Assembly: GCF_001194135.2 (NCBI RefSeq)
Contig: NC_068982.1
Location: 108,489,040 to 108,538,507 of the forward strand
Length of the DNA: 49,468 nt
Direction of reading: 5' to 3'
DNA from: Octopus bimaculoides
Lineage: Eukaryota
Under the pieces are notes generated by a model, which did no database searches, had not been told where the DNA came from, and worked only from the letters and a program-made list of their open reading frames with translations. How positions within the stretch are numbered: position 1 is the stretch's first letter; every line of letters begins with the position of its first letter. Below, piece after piece: positions 48,172 to 49,468 of the stretch. A program made the translations under genes and the position numbers.

Positions 48172-49468
48172 GATGATTGGCATATTGGATATGCCAGATG
48201 ATTGGCATATCCCTGTTGGATATGCCAAATGATTGGCATATCCCTGTTGGATATGCCAGGTGATTGGCATATCCCTGTTGGATATGCCAGGTGATTGGCA
48301 TATCCCTATTGGGTATGCTAGATGATTGGCATATCCCTGTTGGATATGCCAGGTGATTGGCATATCCCTGTTGGATATGCCAGGTGATTGGCATATCCCT
48401 GTTGGATATGCCAGGTGATTGGCATATCCCTGTTGGATATGCCAGGTGATTGNNNNNNNNNNNNNNNNNNNNNNNNNNNNNNNNNNNNNNNNNNNNNNNN
48501 NNNNNNNNNNNNNNNNNNNNNNNNNNNNNNNNNNNNNNNNNNNNNNNNNNNNNNNNNNNNNNNNNNNNNNNNNNNNNNNNNNNNNNNNNNNNNNNNNNNN
48601 NNNNNNNNNNNNNNNNNNNNNNNNNNNNNNNNNNNNNNNNNNNNNNNNNNNNNNNNNNNNNNNNNNNNNNNNNNNNNNNNNNNNNNNNNNNNNNNNNNNN
48701 NNNNNNNNNNNNNNNNNNNNNNNNNNNNNNNNNNNNNNNNNNNNNNNNNNNNNNNNNNNNNNNNNNNNNNNNNNNNNNNNNNNNNNNNNNNNNNNNNNNN
48801 NNNNNNNNNNNNNNNNNNNNNNNNNNNNNNNNNNNNNNNNNNNNNNNNNNNNNNNNNNNNNNNNNNNNNNNNNNNNNNNNNNNNNNNNNNNNNNNNNNNN
48901 NNNNNNNNNNNNNNNNNNNNNNNNNNNNNNNNNNNNNNNNNNNNNNNNNNNNNNNNNNNNNNNNNNNNNNNNNNNNNNNNNNGATATTTTCTTGATGTGA
49001 GTCACATTTGTATTTTCTTATTAAAATAAGATGATTGGCATATTGGATATGCCAGATGATTGGCATATCCCTGTTGGATATGCCAAATGATTGGCATATC
49101 CCTGTTGGATATGCCAGGTGATTGGCATATCCCTGTTGGATATGCCAGGTGATTGGCATATCCCTATTGGATATGCTAGATGATTGGCATATCCCTGTTG
49201 GATATGCCAGATGATCGGCATATCCCTGTTGGATATGCCAGATGATTGACATATCCCTCTTGGATATGCTAGATGATTGGCATATCCCTGTTGGATATGC
49301 CAGGTGATTGGCATATCCCTGTTGGATATGCCAGGTGATTGGCATATCCCTGTTGGATATGCCAGATGATTGACATATCCCTGTTGGGTATGCCAGGTGA
49401 TTGGCATATCCCTGTTGGATATGCCAGGTGATTGGCATATCCCTGTTGGATATGCCAGGTGATTGGCA
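48172..49468. repeat. 31-bp hairpin minisatellite (gRtgat TGGCATATCC ctgtt GGATATGCCA), interrupted by a gap and running off the window
   Basis: ~9 units at 48172-48452 and ~14 at 49030-49468; each unit holds a perfect 10-bp inverted repeat. Confidence 0.97.

Noticed and set aside
48172-49468. CRISPR-like array or 31-aa repeat protein (ORFs 48101-49438, 49021-49407)
   Set aside because: The palindromic units have no unique spacers and there are no cas genes in this eukaryotic intron. The peptide periodicity is just three 31-bp units cycling through frames, and the long ORF spans Ns.

Overview
AT-rich, microsatellite-rich animal genomic DNA with five N-gaps (617-626, 12447-13117, 19586-19886, 30753-30999, 48453-48982). 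The repeat families suggest an octopod cephalopod (inference). Almost all of the window reads as intron of a + strand CERT1/COL4A3BP (ceramide transfer protein) gene. One exon is unambiguous (34297-34413, PH domain), and a candidate 54-nt in-frame cassette exon lies at 45363-45416. The earlier PH exons were not found. A CpG-rich promoter-like segment sits at the left edge. The rest is decayed mobile DNA: many RTE-LINE 3' ends, tRNA-derived SINEs, and CR1/L2-type, Penelope-like, Tigger/pogo and mariner remnants. The most notable structures are the candidate cassette exon, a 31-bp minisatellite in which every unit is a hairpin, a fold-back mariner derivative with ~220-bp inverted arms, a 34-bp VNTR derived from an RTE ORF end, and several inverted repeat pairs that could form intronic dsRNA. 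No CRISPR array, RNA gene or complete new protein-coding system is supported.
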